The notes: generated from the sequence alone by a model not told the origin. 64,000 nucleotides of DNA from Paraphysomonas bandaiensis (GCA_965644295.1 CBFFRP010000426.1:124001-188000), one strand, 5' to 3'; numbered from the stretch's first letter, positions 1-13,157 are shown. Numbers and translations: made by a program.

Positions 1-2
1 TT

Positions 3-3000
3 GTACAGTGGTTGATAGAGAGTGATTCTGTTCCAATACCTGTAATTAAGAATATTGCGGGTGGCTTTAAGTCTGCTATTGCATTGTGTAGAAGGGGTGT
101 ACCCTTTGATGTAAAAATCCTTACGGAGGCAAAGGAGCCACCGGGGTTGCAAGCTAGGATAACTGCTTGGGAATTAGATTTAAATTTTGACATTATATTA
201 GGAGTGCAAACTGTACGAGAACTAGATTTAGTGGTACATTGCCCTAATGCTTTTATGAGTGCAGACAGTGCTCGGCGGGTAGCCAACGTAGTGGGAAACA
301 GCGCAGTCCCTCATGCGAGAGAGAGAGATGATCAGTCTGGGGGAGCAGTGTCTCTTGGCCTGGGCGTGCACGCGTCTTACCCTTGTGGGGGGGAACGAGC
401 CAGCGTTCGTCTACCGCTACGCAAGAATTATGATCTTGGGGTGAAGAGCGAGTTAGCTCCACTCGAGATAGGTATCAGTGACAGTGGCGAAGATTGGTCA
501 TACCCAGTGGACGAGCAGTTGCTCTCTCTGGGGGTCGAGGACCCTTCTAACTTCTCAACCAGGTCCGCATGGGACCGAGAGAATATGAAGGAAATTCGCG
601 ATGATCAATTGGAATCTATTGATTCTGATTATTTAAGTGCGGAAAAGGATCCGCAAGTGCTTCCAGATAAGATATTTGGTTCCCCGAGTTTACAGAGTCG
701 TATCCGGGATGTCCTGGAGGAATACAAGGAGATATTCCGACTAGAAATTCGTAAGGGGGAACCAGCCAAGCTGGAGCCGTTTGAGTTGGAAGTCCGGAAC
801 CCGTCTGAAACGTGGTTTATACCGGCAAATAAGTTGCCTCCCAGGAGGTTAGACAGGAGTCGCCAGCGCGAGCTCCAACGTTTGGTGGATAAGCTAGAGA
901 GGTTAGGAGCAATCCAACCTAGCACAGCCACGCATTACAGTCATCCCTTTGTGGTGCCGAAGCCAGGTAATAAATGGCGGTTGGTATTGGACTATAAAAA
1001 TTTAAATCGGGTCACGACTTCAGAAAGCTGGCCAATTCCTAATATCAGAGATATGATCTATAGGATTGGTGAGAAGCGTCCTAAATTCTTTGTGGTGATG
1101 GACCTCACGTCTGGATATCATCAGGCGCCAGTAGGCAAACGATCCCGTACTTGGATTGCCTTTATTACTCAAAACGGGGTGTACGAGTGGCTCCGGCTCC
1201 CCATGGGTTTGAAAGGCGCTCCATCTTATTTCCAGCGGCAAATGCAAAGTCTAGTGCTGGCGGGTCTGGTTTATAAGATTTGTGAAATTTATCTTGATGA
1301 TTGCATTATTTTTGCTAGCTCAGAGGAAGAGCTCATTGAGAACTTAACTGCCGTATTGGCAAGGTTTAAGAAATTTGGTCTGACAGTGAATCCTAAGAAG
1401 TGTGTCTTTGGGGTGTCGGAAGTAGAGGCCGTTGGCCATAAGATAAATGAGTGGGGTCATACCTTCACGAGGGAACGGGTGGATAGTATTGTAGCCATCC
1501 CGAAGCCAAATACCCAAAAGCAGTTAAAGCATTTTATGGGAGTGGCAAATTTTGTAAGAGATTGTGTTCGCGATTATGCGCTTATAGCGAAACCTTTGCA
1601 TGCGATGTTGGGGAATTATACAAAGGCTCAGGCGCGTCGAAGAGTGCTAGACTGGTCAGAGGAGGCCACGGGAGCATTCGATGCGCTCAAGGAGCGAATT
1701 CATGAGTGTCCTTTATTATTTTTTATGGATGATGTTTCCCCCATCTATCTATATACTGATGCATCAATAATAGGGATTGGAGCTCATTTAGTGCAAATCG
1801 TGGAGGGTCACGAGCGCACGATTGGGATGATTAGTAAGGCGTTCGACTCCACCTTGGCAAAATGGCATACCTGTGAGCAGGAAGGATTTGCCATATTCTA
1901 TGCCTTGAATAAGTGGGAATACTTGTTGAGAGATCGACGTTTTATTGTTCGAACGGATCACGACAACTTACGCCAGCTTAAGCAAGAATACGGTCATCTA
2001 AAGCGTGTGCAGCGTTGGTTTATGTGTTTTCAGTCGTTTGATGTTACCTTCGAACATTTGGCAGGAGAACTCAATGTGATTGCTGACGCTCTTAGTCGAA
2101 TTTGTGGGGTGGACGCATCCGATGAAATCGGTGAAAATGTCTGTTCTTCACTCGAGCAGTGCCTTGAGGTAGAGCAGGATACAGAGTGTGAGCATATCCC
2201 GAGTCGCTTCTGGAAAGTTATTAAGACCTGTCACAATAGTGTAGTGGGTCACCATGGGGTAGAACGAACCATGGGGAAGTTGCGAGGGAGCAACAACAAT
2301 TGGAGGAACATGCGTCAGCATGTAATAACTTTTATTAAGAGATGTGTGTGTTGTCAGAAAATGTCAACGTTGAAACCATCTGTGTGGGTTCGTCCATTTA
2401 CACTGTCGAAATACTCGATGGGAGAATGTATTTATATGGATTATATTGAAGGCTTGATGCCGGATGAATATGGGTTTACGAGTATATTAGTGCTGATTGA
2501 TGCCTTCGCGAGGTGGGTTGAGTTATTCCCCACGAAAGGCATATCGGCGAAAGATACAGCCCGAGCGTTGATTCAATATTTTGGTAGATTTTCGATGTGC
2601 TCGATTTGTAAACTTACCTCGGATAAGGGCAAGGCGTTTATTGCGGATATCATTCGTGAGATAACTGCTTTGTTGGGTGTCAACCACTCTTTTACAATCG
2701 AGTACTCGAAGGAGGAAAATGGCATGGTCGAGAGGGAGAATAAAGAGATTCTTCGACATTTGCGGAACATCATTTTCGAGCGAGTTGCTTTAAAGTGGTG
2801 GTCTGATGTATTACCAATGGTGCAGCGCATCTTGAATGCGTCTGTACATGGATCAACTGGGGTGGCCCCAGCAGAACTGGTGTATGGTAAAGCCATAAAT
2901 CTGGATGCGGGCTTCATTTTGGATAGAAAGAATTTATCATCTCGGGAGAGTCGAGATTTATCACAATGGGTGGCAGACAGACTTGTCGCTCAGGATAAGG

Positions 3001-3605
3001 TTAGGGCGTATGCACAACAGAATTTGCGTATCCGAGACCAGCATCATATTGAGTCTAATATGCCGGAGGGTATATCCTCATATCCGGTAGGGGCTTTGGT
3101 GCTAGTGGAATATCGCCATAACTCGTTGAGGAAGGGTCCTCCGAGCAAGTTATTACCCTATTTAAAAGGCCCCATGAAGGTGGTGGCAATAGATGGTGGA
3201 ATTTATACAGTGCAGAGTCTTTTGACCAGAGGCACGACGAAGCATCATATCTCGAAGTTACGTCCGTTCTGTTATGATCCGAGGGTGGAAGACCCGGTGC
3301 AGATTGCGTTACGGGATGACACAGAGGGCGCCGAGTTTGTGATGGAGAAAATAACGAACATGCGAGGGGATGTTAAAGGGTCACGATTTGACTTATACTT
3401 TGAGGTGTTTTGGTCTAATTATAGTGTACCGACTTGGGAGTCTTGGAAGACAGTGCGAGGTTCAGAGGCATTGCTAAGATACCTGAGGTCCCACTCTAAC
3501 TATCTTGTTCGGGCCCTATTACCCAAGAGGGGAAAGAAGCGCTCCAGGTCAGTTGATTCGACGGAAGAAGAGGCCCAGTCTGAGGAGGAGGGCTCGTCGA
3601 GTTAG
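3..3605 (+). CDS. pol: Ty3/Gypsy (chromovirus-type) pol polyprotein, 5'-truncated by the window edge: end of protease, RT, RNase H, integrase, chromodomain
   Basis: The frame is open from nt 3. RT motifs WRLVLDYKNLN, MDLTSGYHQ, LPMGLKGAP and YLDD. RNase H LYTDAS...EQEGFAI...TDHDNL...NVIADALSR. Integrase HHCC (HNSVVGH...CVCC) and D,D35E (MDY, SDKG, ENGMVEREN), then GPY/F-like PYLKGP. C-terminal chromodomain FVMEKITNMRG...FEVFWSNYSVPTWE. Domain order is RT-RH-IN. Confidence 0.96.
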   Translation, partial: VQWLIESDSVPIPVIKNIAGGFKSAIALCRRGVPFDVKILTEAKEPPGLQARITAWELDLNFDIILGVQTVRELDLVVHCPNAFMSADSARRVANVVGNSAVPHARERDDQSGGAVSLGLGVHASYPCGGERASVRLPLRKNYDLGVKSELAPLEIGISDSGEDWSYPVDEQLLSLGVEDPSNFSTRSAWDRENMKEIRDDQLESIDSDYLSAEKDPQVLPDKIFGSPSLQSRIRDVLEEYKEIFRLEIRKGEPAKLEPFELEVRNPSETWFIPANKLPPRRLDRSRQRELQRLVDKLERLGAIQPSTATHYSHPFVVPKPGNKWRLVLDYKNLNRVTTSESWPIPNIRDMIYRIGEKRPKFFVVMDLTSGYHQAPVGKRSRTWIAFITQNGVYEWLRLPMGLKGAPSYFQRQMQSLVLAGLVYKICEIYLDDCIIFASSEEELIENLTAVLARFKKFGLTVNPKKCVFGVSEVEAVGHKINEWGHTFTRERVDSIVAIPKPNTQKQLKHFMGVANFVRDCVRDYALIAKPLHAMLGNYTKAQARRRVLDWSEEATGAFDALKERIHECPLLFFMDDVSPIYLYTDASIIGIGAHLVQIVEGHERTIGMISKAFDSTLAKWHTCEQEGFAIFYALNKWEYLLRDRRFIVRTDHDNLRQLKQEYGHLKRVQRWFMCFQSFDVTFEHLAGELNVIADALSRICGVDASDEIGENVCSSLEQCLEVEQDTECEHIPSRFWKVIKTCHNSVVGHHGVERTMGKLRGSNNNWRNMRQHVITFIKRCVCCQKMSTLKPSVWVRPFTLSKYSMGECIYMDYIEGLMPDEYGFTSILVLIDAFARWVELFPTKGISAKDTARALIQYFGRFSMCSICKLTSDKGKAFIADIIREITALLGVNHSFTIEYSKEENGMVERENKEILRHLRNIIFERVALKWWSDVLPMVQRILNASVHGSTGVAPAELVYGKAINLDAGFILDRKNLSSRESRDLSQWVADRLVAQDKVRAYAQQNLRIRDQHHIESNMPEGISSYPVGALVLVEYRHNSLRKGPPSKLLPYLKGPMKVVAIDGGIYTVQSLLTRGTTKHHISKLRPFCYDPRVEDPVQIALRDDTEGAEFVMEKITNMRGDVKGSRFDLYFEVFWSNYSVPTWESWKTVRGSEALLRYLRSHSNYLVRALLPKRGKKRSRSVDSTEEEAQSEEEGSSS

Positions 3606-3797
3606 TTTAGGGATTATGAGTTTTGACGGTTAAAATCCGCTCTGTCCATGTAGTGGACACCTATGATAAGGTTCTCGTAAGTCAGAATAATGCTTGGAGT
3701 GAGATGTGGGGTAGTAGTGGTGATTTTTTTTAGGAGTAGTAGTTTTCGTAGGCTAAATGCCAGGTTTTTTTTCAAAAAAAAAGGAGGGAAGGGGTAG

Positions 3798-4004
3798 TGT
3801 GGCATGAAACCCCTGCCTTTTGGGAAAACCTTAGGTTTTTAGATTTGCGATCACTCTCCTTCAGGGATTGCTTTGGGCACATCCCTTCAGGATCGTGATA
3901 TAGCGATAGGCAGTTGCTTCATGCCAGTCTATACATACATGATTCTTATATGCATAATAACCATATATTCCTAGTCTACTTTCTCTTGGTGTCTGTCAGC
4001 TACA
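3798..4004 (+). repeat. 3' LTR (about 207 bp)
   Basis: Starts TGTGGC 3 nt after the PPT and ends GCTACA (imperfect terminal inverted repeat, TG..CA) at the junction with the (ATAC)n tract. The 5' LTR is outside the window, so the end is inferred. Confidence 0.7.
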
Positions 4005-4348
4005 ATACATACATACATACATACATACATACATACATACATACATACATACATACATACATACATACATACATACATACATACATACATACATACATAC
4101 ATACATACATACATACATACATACATACATACATACATACATACATACATACATACATACATACATACATACATACATACATACATACATACATACATAC
4201 ATACATACATACATACATACATACATACATACATACATACATACATACATACATACATACATACATACATACATACATACATACATACATACATACATAC
4301 ATACATACATACATACATACATACATACATACATACATACATACATAC
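4005..4348. repeat. (ATAC)n microsatellite, about 86 units
   Basis: Perfect tetranucleotide run read directly. Confidence 0.99.
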
Positions 4349-4491
4349 CCGTTTGCTGTACTATAGGTATACAGACGGTAGTCTTACCAGTGATAATACA
4401 TACTCCTGCCGACTTATGGCGGAGTGTGCACTGCTGTATCGAGTCAGTCTTACAAGCTCGACGCGCCACTTATTCATACTCTCATCTTCTT

Positions 4492-5697
4492 ATGTCAACA
4501 AAAGGCATACTCATCTTCTGTACAGTATCCAGTGCAGCTCTATTCCGGGCATGGTATCGCACACATCACAAGCCTTCAATACACTACAAGCCCACTGATA
4601 GGAACCACAGTGTAGTAAACCAGTGCACTACTCTGCATAAATATACCCCCCCGTTACTTATTGATGTATACGGGCATCTACATACTGTATTCAATCATGT
4701 GTTTCGAGTAATGCATGCCAAACATCATAATATAGACAGACAGACGTTACAGTTAGAGGATGGTGGGACTGTTGCATTGGATTGGCTGACAGGGCTACCA
4801 TTAACAGAAGAGAAGAGTCCAATTGTTGTGTTAATTCATGGATTATGTGGTAGTAGTGAATCTCCACATATTGTGTATGCAGGACATGAATTTAAAGCAC
4901 GTGGATATACTGTGTGTGCATTCATATCACGTGGGTGTGGGGGACTACCGCTGACAACACCGGAGTCTTTCACAGCTGCAAGGACTAGTGACTTAGCGGA
5001 AGCCTTGGAACATATTCGCAGTAGGTATCCGGACCGAAGATTGTGTGCTGTTGGGTACTCGTTAGGGGCGGGGATACTTCTTAAGTACGTAGGGGAGAGA
5101 GGCGATAGATCTCTATTATCTTCAGCTGTTGCAGTGAGTCCATCGTGGAACTTTCTGAAAGTCACACCATGGTTTCAGACATGGAGTAGTACTAGACTAG
5201 TTGGTAAGTAATACTATATTTGTGTTGGAACCACTGAATTGGCACTACTGTATGCAGAGGGACTCCGCGGTTATCTCTTGGACCATATGGACTACCTGAA
5301 GAATCATGAAAACAACAGAGTTCGTATTGCGGAGACGTTACGAGCAAAGGACGTCCGAGAATTTGATCACCATGCTGTTGTACCAGTGCATGGATACCGA
5401 GATGTGGACCACTACTATCAGGATTCTAGTGCAGTCCATCACGCCCATAATATCACAACGCCAACATTAGCGTTGTCAGCAGAGGACGACCCCGTGTGTG
5501 CAGTTGAAGGAAGACCTATGGACATTTCAACCTACGGTGACGGACTAGTAGTGGTGACGACGCGCACTGGAGGACATGTGGCTTTTACTCGAGGTATTCA
5601 TTTTTTTAGCACGCGATCTTGGATGGACGATGTTGCGATTGAATGGTTGGAAGCTAACCAGGCGTATGACGAGTCTCTCAACACTGAACAAACATAG
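4492..5697 (+). CDS. Alpha/beta hydrolase, ABHD1/2/3-YheT family (2 exons; intron 5204-5257)
   Basis: DGGTVALDW, VVLIHGLCGSS, RGCGG, nucleophile elbow GYSLG, acid in AEDDP, His in GGHVAF. A GTAAGT...CAG intron joins ORFs 4390-5211 and 5239-5697 in frame. Hydrophobic N-terminus from ATG 4492. Confidence 0.9.
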
Positions 5698-6291
5698 TAC
5701 GTGTAGTTCATACAGAATACATGCATATTATTGTACAAGTTTAATCACGGAAGGGATGAGATACTCAAATAAAGAATTTTTCTAAAAGAATAATCAATAT
5801 ATTGTAGCAAGCGAAAATAAATAATTGCATTATATTGCAATCCAATATATTTTTGACTGACCCTGCTAATTATTAGCTATAAGTATCCTGCCATACAACG
5901 ACTTACAAAAGCAACTTCTTTCGATAGGTTGTCAATGCTTTGTTCATCTAGTCTGATCCACTGATACATATAGGGGTACATAATCAATCAAGTAGTCCTT
6001 ATTTGTTGTTCGTGATGACTACGTAGTATGTAGCTACGTGACGTACAATGTTTCGTAAACTTTAAAAGAACTGAAGTGCAACTGCACTTAACATATGTCG
6101 CATCTAAACGACCCAGTTAGTTACTAACTGATATAGATTGAATAATTGAGGCAGATGTACTTAAACAAAATAACTTCAACTCCTGTAAGTAATATCACAA
6201 CATGTAAACACATTGATACATGTCTTCAAGCCCTATAGTTTATACAACGCCACAATACAGTGAGTAAACAGTACCTCACGCAATTTCGTTA

Positions 6292-9200
6292 TTACACAAC
6301 ACAAGGGGCTAATCCCGACTCCTGAAGCCTGTTATAGAACTCAGATATCTGTTTCGCAGTGATGACATCTATTATTTCCGATACATGCCTAGCTTCATTT
6401 AGAGCATAGTCCAGAATAGTTGAAATCGAAACACTATCAATGATATCACCAGATTTGGTAGCGCTGTTTACATGTCCACTTCTTGTTTCGGTGGAATCAG
6501 AGCGCTCTATGCCCTGTCTTCTCTTCTCGTGTATCTTAAATTGGGCTATGTCAACAAGAGTTAAAGAAAGAGAACGGTCAACTTCAAGCGCTTTCATCAT
6601 ATGCTTCTTTGCTAGTTGCATCTGATTTAACTGTTGGTACACACGGGAGGCATTGATATAAGGCATAGGGTGGTGTGGGTCAAGCTTGCACGCTTTCTCA
6701 TAAGCCGCCAAAGCACCAGCCGGATCCCCCGCCTGACTGAGAACCTCCCCCAGACATATTAGAATCGATGTGCTGGTAGGATAAGTTCGCGTCCCTTGTT
6801 GTAACACCTGAAGAGCGCGCTACACGAGTACACAGCAGTTAGTCACTGACAAAAACACGTGCACGGCAATACCTCTGGGTTTTCAGGATCGACACGGAAC
6901 TCTGCAACTCCTAAAAGTGCCGATACAGAAGGTCCTAGGTGATCTATCACCGCTCGTTTGGAGGCGGCCTTTCTAGCATCTAAGTCATCCTGTCCTGCCC
7001 ACACAAAGGCATCTGTCTCGGATTCGATTCGTCGAGAAGCCTTTCGTAGCGCCTGGGCAGCACTCATATAGTTGGTCTGATGCACTGAAAGTTCTGCCTG
7101 GTGAAGATCCACCACTAGCTCCGATGGCCACTTCCTACTTGCATCACGAAGATGGACCTCAGCCTAACAACGAAATCAAAGTTACACATATGAGTTAAAA
7201 CTAAACTATATCATACCTTATCCAGTTCGTCCATCTCCATGAGCATTGTGCTGATCTTAATCCTCGAATCAAGCATGTCACCGTCCAACATGATACTAGC
7301 TTTCATACACTGGTATCCACCCATTGCATCCCCACATAAATATGCTATGGATCCACATAGTGAGATTAGGCGAGCTCGTAATTGACGCGACACTTTTCGG
7401 AGAGGCTTGCCCTGACTTTCGGAGGATACACAACTTTCTTCTTCATCACTAACAGCACCGCCACCCAAACTCTCATCGCTATCAACGTCACTATAGTCAA
7501 CATTGTGCATGCTATTGTGCATGCTCCTATCACAAATAACTTCTTGCATTTCGTCAGTTAGAGAGGCCGATATACGGAATCTCGTTGGGATGTTTTCACA
7601 ACTGCTACCACTGCTAGTGTCTCCAGAGAGCCCATTTAGGCCATTCATAGCAGAACATAAACCTGAATCTATTACATTGGCCGGTAACAAAGAGCCTGCT
7701 GTTTCCCTCCATTTGAATGTCACACCTGTCAATTCGTGAGCAGTCGGTGATGTTACGATTGAAAATGCTTCAAGAAACGAACTACAAGGGGCACCGACAC
7801 TGTCCTCTGGCTCATCAATCTTACTATTTTCATGTTCCTTGTCAACACCATTACTAATCTCTCCGGAATCAGTGGTGGGCAGCATACCAGATACCATCAC
7901 TTGTAAGTCCGATTCCTCCCTTAGATTTAGCCCCCGTTTCAATTCAAAGGCGAAACTGTCCATATCACTTACAGCAGTCGTATCTACACTTGTGCATTCC
8001 GTTGACACTTCAAACTTGTCACATCTAGGAGTGTCACTTAATATGCCACTCTGAAAGCCCTTAATTTCAGTATCAGGAGTTAACTCAGACGTAGCAGTTG
8101 CTTGTGCACTCAATGCACGGCTAAAGGCGTTCGCCACACGGCAAATCATTTTGAAGGCGTCATCATCTCCCTCTGGCTGATCACAATAGATATTAGCATC
8201 ATCTTCCTCGTCCTCAGTAGGAGGCGGTTTTGTGTCGTTCGTGCGCAAATGATCAAAGGGTGCTGGGTCTTCCCCAAGGCCATCTTCATATGCCTCCACG
8301 ACTTTCTGTTCCTCCTCGGTCGGAGGAAGCGGAATATCGAGCGCAGTGTGTATGGGCGCATACAGTGACTGAAAAGCACAGACCATCCACCGCTTGGGCA
8401 TGCATGATGAGCTCAAGAGCTCCCTGTAAGTACGGCTATCACACGGTTCCTTGCCACATTTTTTACACACTTCTCCCTCCCGTCTGTCACCTCGACAGAG
8501 TGTAGAGACGTCACCCTCGCTAATAGGAGCACTATCACAGTTATTCACCACATCTTCTGTGGAGCTCTCGCCATCTTCATCAGATACATCATCAGCAGAA
8601 TTTTCATTAAATCGCCTCCAGAAGTAAGCCTTGGCCTTTTCTCTACAATAACCCATATCACGGCCTGCATTCAATACAACATACGACAGCAACCACCTGC
8701 AAGCCTCTCGTGCAGCATCTTCAGCCTCCCCAGCGAGAGCGAGATTCGAAGAGCCACCTAACACAAATGATGCCAGAGCATCATATGCACTCTTCATTAG
8801 CAACTTCTGGGCTGGGAGTTGCAATGGATTCTCATCATCGCTAAGGCCATTTCCGTCTAGCTCGTCGACATCAGCTGCAGCTGCAGCTGCCAAACTGCGG
8901 TATATTTCGTACCGGCACTTATAAGCAGCAGAAGACTTGGGGTTTAGTAGGAGTGCTTCGTTTACATCAGCCAATGCATCCTCAAAATCTTGCATCTTAC
9001 TGCGGCATACTGCCCTGAAAAAACATAGGTACTCAGAAACATATATGCCCGATGCAAAATGCCAACTACCTCTCCGTTAACAGACCGCCTAGCAACGGGG
9101 GCGGCACGCCTTCCACTAACACTGAGGATTGACCTGCACTTTCTCCCAACACCTCATCTAGGGAGCAGAGAACTTGTACAGTGTCTCCACTGTCCTCCTG

Positions 9201-10274
9201 CTCCTCCTCAGCTTCACCAAACATATTCCCTCCAGAGGAGCTAGGACGCAGAGAGAGCACATGTCTGTATGCAGCGACTTGCCTCATGAGAGCATCATAA
9301 GATTCCGCTCCCTCCTGCCGAACAACAGCAGCAACAACAGGGTGCCGAAATACAGATCCATACACCGCGTTCTCGTTGCCCACACACCTCACACGTCTAA
9401 GGAGTTCCTTACCCTCTCCATCCTTCTCACCTAAAAGGGAAAGCAATTCCTCGCGAATTTCGTCAGAATCCGCGTAGGCCTCAATGAGGGCAATATACTG
9501 ATCATATGAAAGAGATTCGAAAGTCTGTGGATTCGATAATGGAACAGGAACATGCGAGAGACATTTCAATACACCCTCAACAGTGTCAACTGAGAGGGTT
9601 GAGGCTACAAAGTTCACGTCGCTGGAGTTGGTTACGCTGAAGCCATATGCCTCCGCTTTTTTATACATAGGGCTGGACCGGGCTCGTTGAAAATCTTTGT
9701 CTACAGCCTGCATAGAACAATCGTCAATAAATCTCAAATATATTGTAGAAGTACCTTCATCGCTGCCACTACAGATGTTAGAGCTGCGCGGGCCAACTCC
9801 GGTCCAGCTGATGTAGGTAGTTCCACCACAGAAGGTGCAGACAATAGCTGTGTGGAGGCTTGCTCGTTATTGCGAAGGACAGAAAGTACCTATACCAACA
9901 CCAGACATTAACTCCACTGAAAAGTACGTAAGTCAATGCATACCTCTCTGTCTTGGTCCTTTTCTAAGTACCGTTGCATACTAGCAGCGATCCTATCATC
10001 CGGTACACCACTTAATAGATATAACTTCCTAGAAAGAGAGTCCTCCCAACTCCTGTATATCGCCTTGTAGTCACTTGAGGCTACATTGCTTCCTAGGATA
10101 TCCTCAGTATCCGGAGACAGACCAAAAGGCGACTGGAATATATAAGAATATAATAATAAAATAGACTTGAATTTATATTACCACAAAAAGTTTTGTTAAT
10201 GTTGTAACATTCTGAAATACTTGAATAATATCAGCTTTATTCAATGGTTCAGCAGTTGTAAAATATGATGACAT
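6292..10274 (-). CDS. Multi-exon TPR-repeat protein
   Basis: Splicing at about 9070/9014 joins LLTE-R-AVCRSKMQDFEDALADVNEALLLNPKSSAAY (a TPR). Further TPRs at the C-terminus (LGEVLSQAGDPAGALAAYEKACKLDPHHPMPYINASRVYQQL). Probable ATG at 10274 (MSSYFTTAEP). Internal exon boundaries are approximate. Confidence 0.75.
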
Positions 10275-11020
10275 TATGATTGTTTTAATTAATAGAAAAC
10301 AATAATGAGGAGTGTGTTTATAAACTATACAATCACTCGTATACTATACACAACAATATGATGAGAATAGAAGTATATACGTAGAATATGAAGTTAAAAA
10401 AGAATGAAGTGTGAAGTTTGAGGTTTATATAGTGAGAGAGTGATGGAGAGGTTGACAACCATTGCAACAACTTCAGTTTTTTAGAATGAAGGGATGTGGT
10501 TGGATGATTTGGCTTTCTTTTTCATATACATCCTGCCACGATGTACTTTGTGTATTCCTATATCTGTACATTCAACATATGTTCAATATGCGGCTCCTGT
10601 TTTTGCAAATACATTCCCCTAATCTCCCTATCAACCAATTGGACAGTCCAAACCTCCAGTATACGATTACTATTCGCTATTTCCTATGACAGAATTTGGG
10701 TGTATTGCTATCAATCCATTTAGGAATACAGTCAGAATACAGCAGGATGTTGGTATAGCTGTGTAGCCCGTTTATTCCAATTATCAGTATACATATACAG
10801 ACACAGCAGTGCACATATATATACATGTATATACACTGATGTGCATATATATTGCAAGCTTCTATTAAAAATACATAACTATATCGCTCATTATTCCATT
10901 AAACTTGATGTCTATTTTATTCCATTCAGGATCACTTTGTACTGACCTGCACAAGTTACTGTATGATGCAACGATAGTCTATTAGCTCCCCAATACAAGT
11001 ATCAGTGTCCTCAGATTATT

Positions 11021-13157
11021 ATGATGGAGAATGAAACAATAGCCACTGGTCAGCCTGTCCTTAACAACCCTTTAGCACAACCTCTATCTGATGAAAACAA
11101 TCTACCCAGACATAGTCAAGTATACATCAGAGAGAAAAGAAGAGAAGATCGTCTGAGGCGAATGAAAGAACGTCAGTTTGATGAGCCAACTCTTCATCAG
11201 TTATTTCGTCTCTTTGACCGAGACAATGATCACATCTTATCACTTTCCGACTTTCAGACGGGACTTGTGGCTATGGGTTACAGTGACGCGAAAGATACAT
11301 CTGTTGTTGCGCGTATAGTATCAGAGATAGACACCGACCGGTCAGGCAATATTAGAGAAGATGAATTTGTGGAATACTTCGTACGCAGAAGACTGGATGA
11401 TCTTGAGAAACGCCTACATGAGGTAGCCAAAGAGGACACACCTACATTGGTGCGTGTAATTGAGTACGGTGTATTAGATAGAGAGTACCTCGACAGTGGA
11501 TTCTTACACATGAGTCGAGATGACGATATCACTTCCTTTAGGTTTCTGCTTAAGGGTTCCGCCCCTAGTACGTTGAATTGGTCAGTAAGCCCCCGTCGAT
11601 GGTTTGATATGAATGGCTACCATCAAGACTCGATGCTTTTGTTCTCTCAGTGTTTTGGGATTCACGAAGAGACTATGAAAGACGCCGGTATATATCAGAA
11701 GCAGAAGATGGAAGTCCTAACCCCTGGTCCGGCTGCAGTACGAGAAGGCATGCCGTCACCAATAACATGTAGTCGTAGTGCCACACACAGGATACCCTCT
11801 GATCATGTGGAGACTACAGAGGGGAAGAATAAAGAGGGCGGGGGAGATGTTGTTGACATCGCGGATCTGAAGGGTTGCGATCTTGAGGATTTTGCTAATG
11901 CCGGTCCTGCCCCCCCCTGTGCTCGTACAGAAACTGACCGGAGCAAACCAGAAGACACAGATTGTAGTGATAGTGTCCAGTCTTTGCCTGTACCAGTTGC
12001 TCAAAACAAGTCACCTCTAATTCCAATACCAGACAAGGCTGAGAGAAATGGTAGTGTCCGTAGTCTCCCTATCCCTCCCCCACGCAGCCTTACGGAGCAT
12101 GAACAACACAATGATCCTGCCCACGCAATCATTATCATTCATGCACTAGACTGCTCCCCTCCTCTCTCAGAGTGTGTCTGGGGAGGGGAGGCGCACGGAG
12201 CGCAGTCTTCAAAACGGCTGACCCCTTCTCCTGACCCGACATTGGTCATAACACAGTTTACTGTATTTTCTGTTCACGATGACGTTGTTCTGACTGTGCG
12301 TAAAACCTTTGCGCCACTAGATGATGACGGATGCGAGCAAGAAAGTACACCAAGTGACATGTGGGATGATCTGAGAGAGCGAATTCGTTGCGCAGATGCA
12401 GACATGCGCGTCAACTCAGGTTCGGCCAAGTATCTTGCCTTCTCCGCTGTGGAAGTTATAATGGAGCATAACTACAAATTACGAGACTCTCTCAGAAAAT
12501 GGATTCAGGATCTCGAGGAGGCTGTACAAAGAAATGCAGAGACCCATCATACAGTACATTTGTATGAATTTAGCAAACTGGCAACATCTTACCTGGCCGA
12601 GCTAAGAGCGGTGGCAGATAGTTTGGAATCAGTCTGTGGGAAGCGGTCGTCCGATAATAGTAAAAAATCCACGTCAGCAGCGTCGCTGGCGCTTTACTTT
12701 AACAACGAGCACATATTTTTCAAAGATCTAGCTGATGAGGTAGATACTATTTCTGTAGAGGTGGGTTTTGGTTGTCGGTTTGTATTAGTTGTGATGAAGC
12801 GTTACAGGTGGAAGAAATGCTCTCCACTGCCCGTGGCCTGGGGGAGTACTACAGAGCAGTTCAAGAAGACCGAATGAATCGTACGCTGTATATACTCACA
12901 CTAGTCACTAGTGTGTTTGTTCCTGCGCAGTTTTTGACTGGTCTCTATGGAATGAATTTTGAAGTAATGCCCGAACTGACCTGGAGATATAGGTCTTGTA
13001 AAAATATCTGTATTTAGTATATCGTACTAATTTCCTTTGCCACAGCTACTATGTATTTTGGGGGGTGGTATTGTTATCAACAGGACTGGTGGCACTGTGG
13101 TTACGCTATTCTTTTCTCTGGGGACTTAGAAGTGGAATAGGAGGGAGCATTAGCTAA
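11021..13157 (+). CDS. CorA/Mrs2-family Mg2+ transporter with an N-terminal EF-hand pair (3 exons)
   Basis: EF-hand loops DRDNDHILSLSD and DTDRSGNIREDE. C-terminal CorA signature MNRTLYILTLVTSVFVPAQFLTGLYGMNFEVMPEL followed by a second TM helix (YYVFWGVVLL...). Introns at about 12761-12808 and 12993-13045; TAA at 13155-13157. Confidence 0.88.

Larger units (their letters stand above)
1..4004 (+). mobile_element. LTR retrotransposon (Ty3/Gypsy, chromodomain-bearing), 3' part
   Basis: Intact pol ORF, then a polypurine tract at about 3775-3794 (aaaaaaaaggagggaagggg) just before a TG...CA-bounded LTR. Confidence 0.92.

Noticed and set aside
3914-4469. ORFs encoding (YIHT)n / (MYVC)n
   Set aside because: Translations of the stop-free (ATAC)n microsatellite, not genes.
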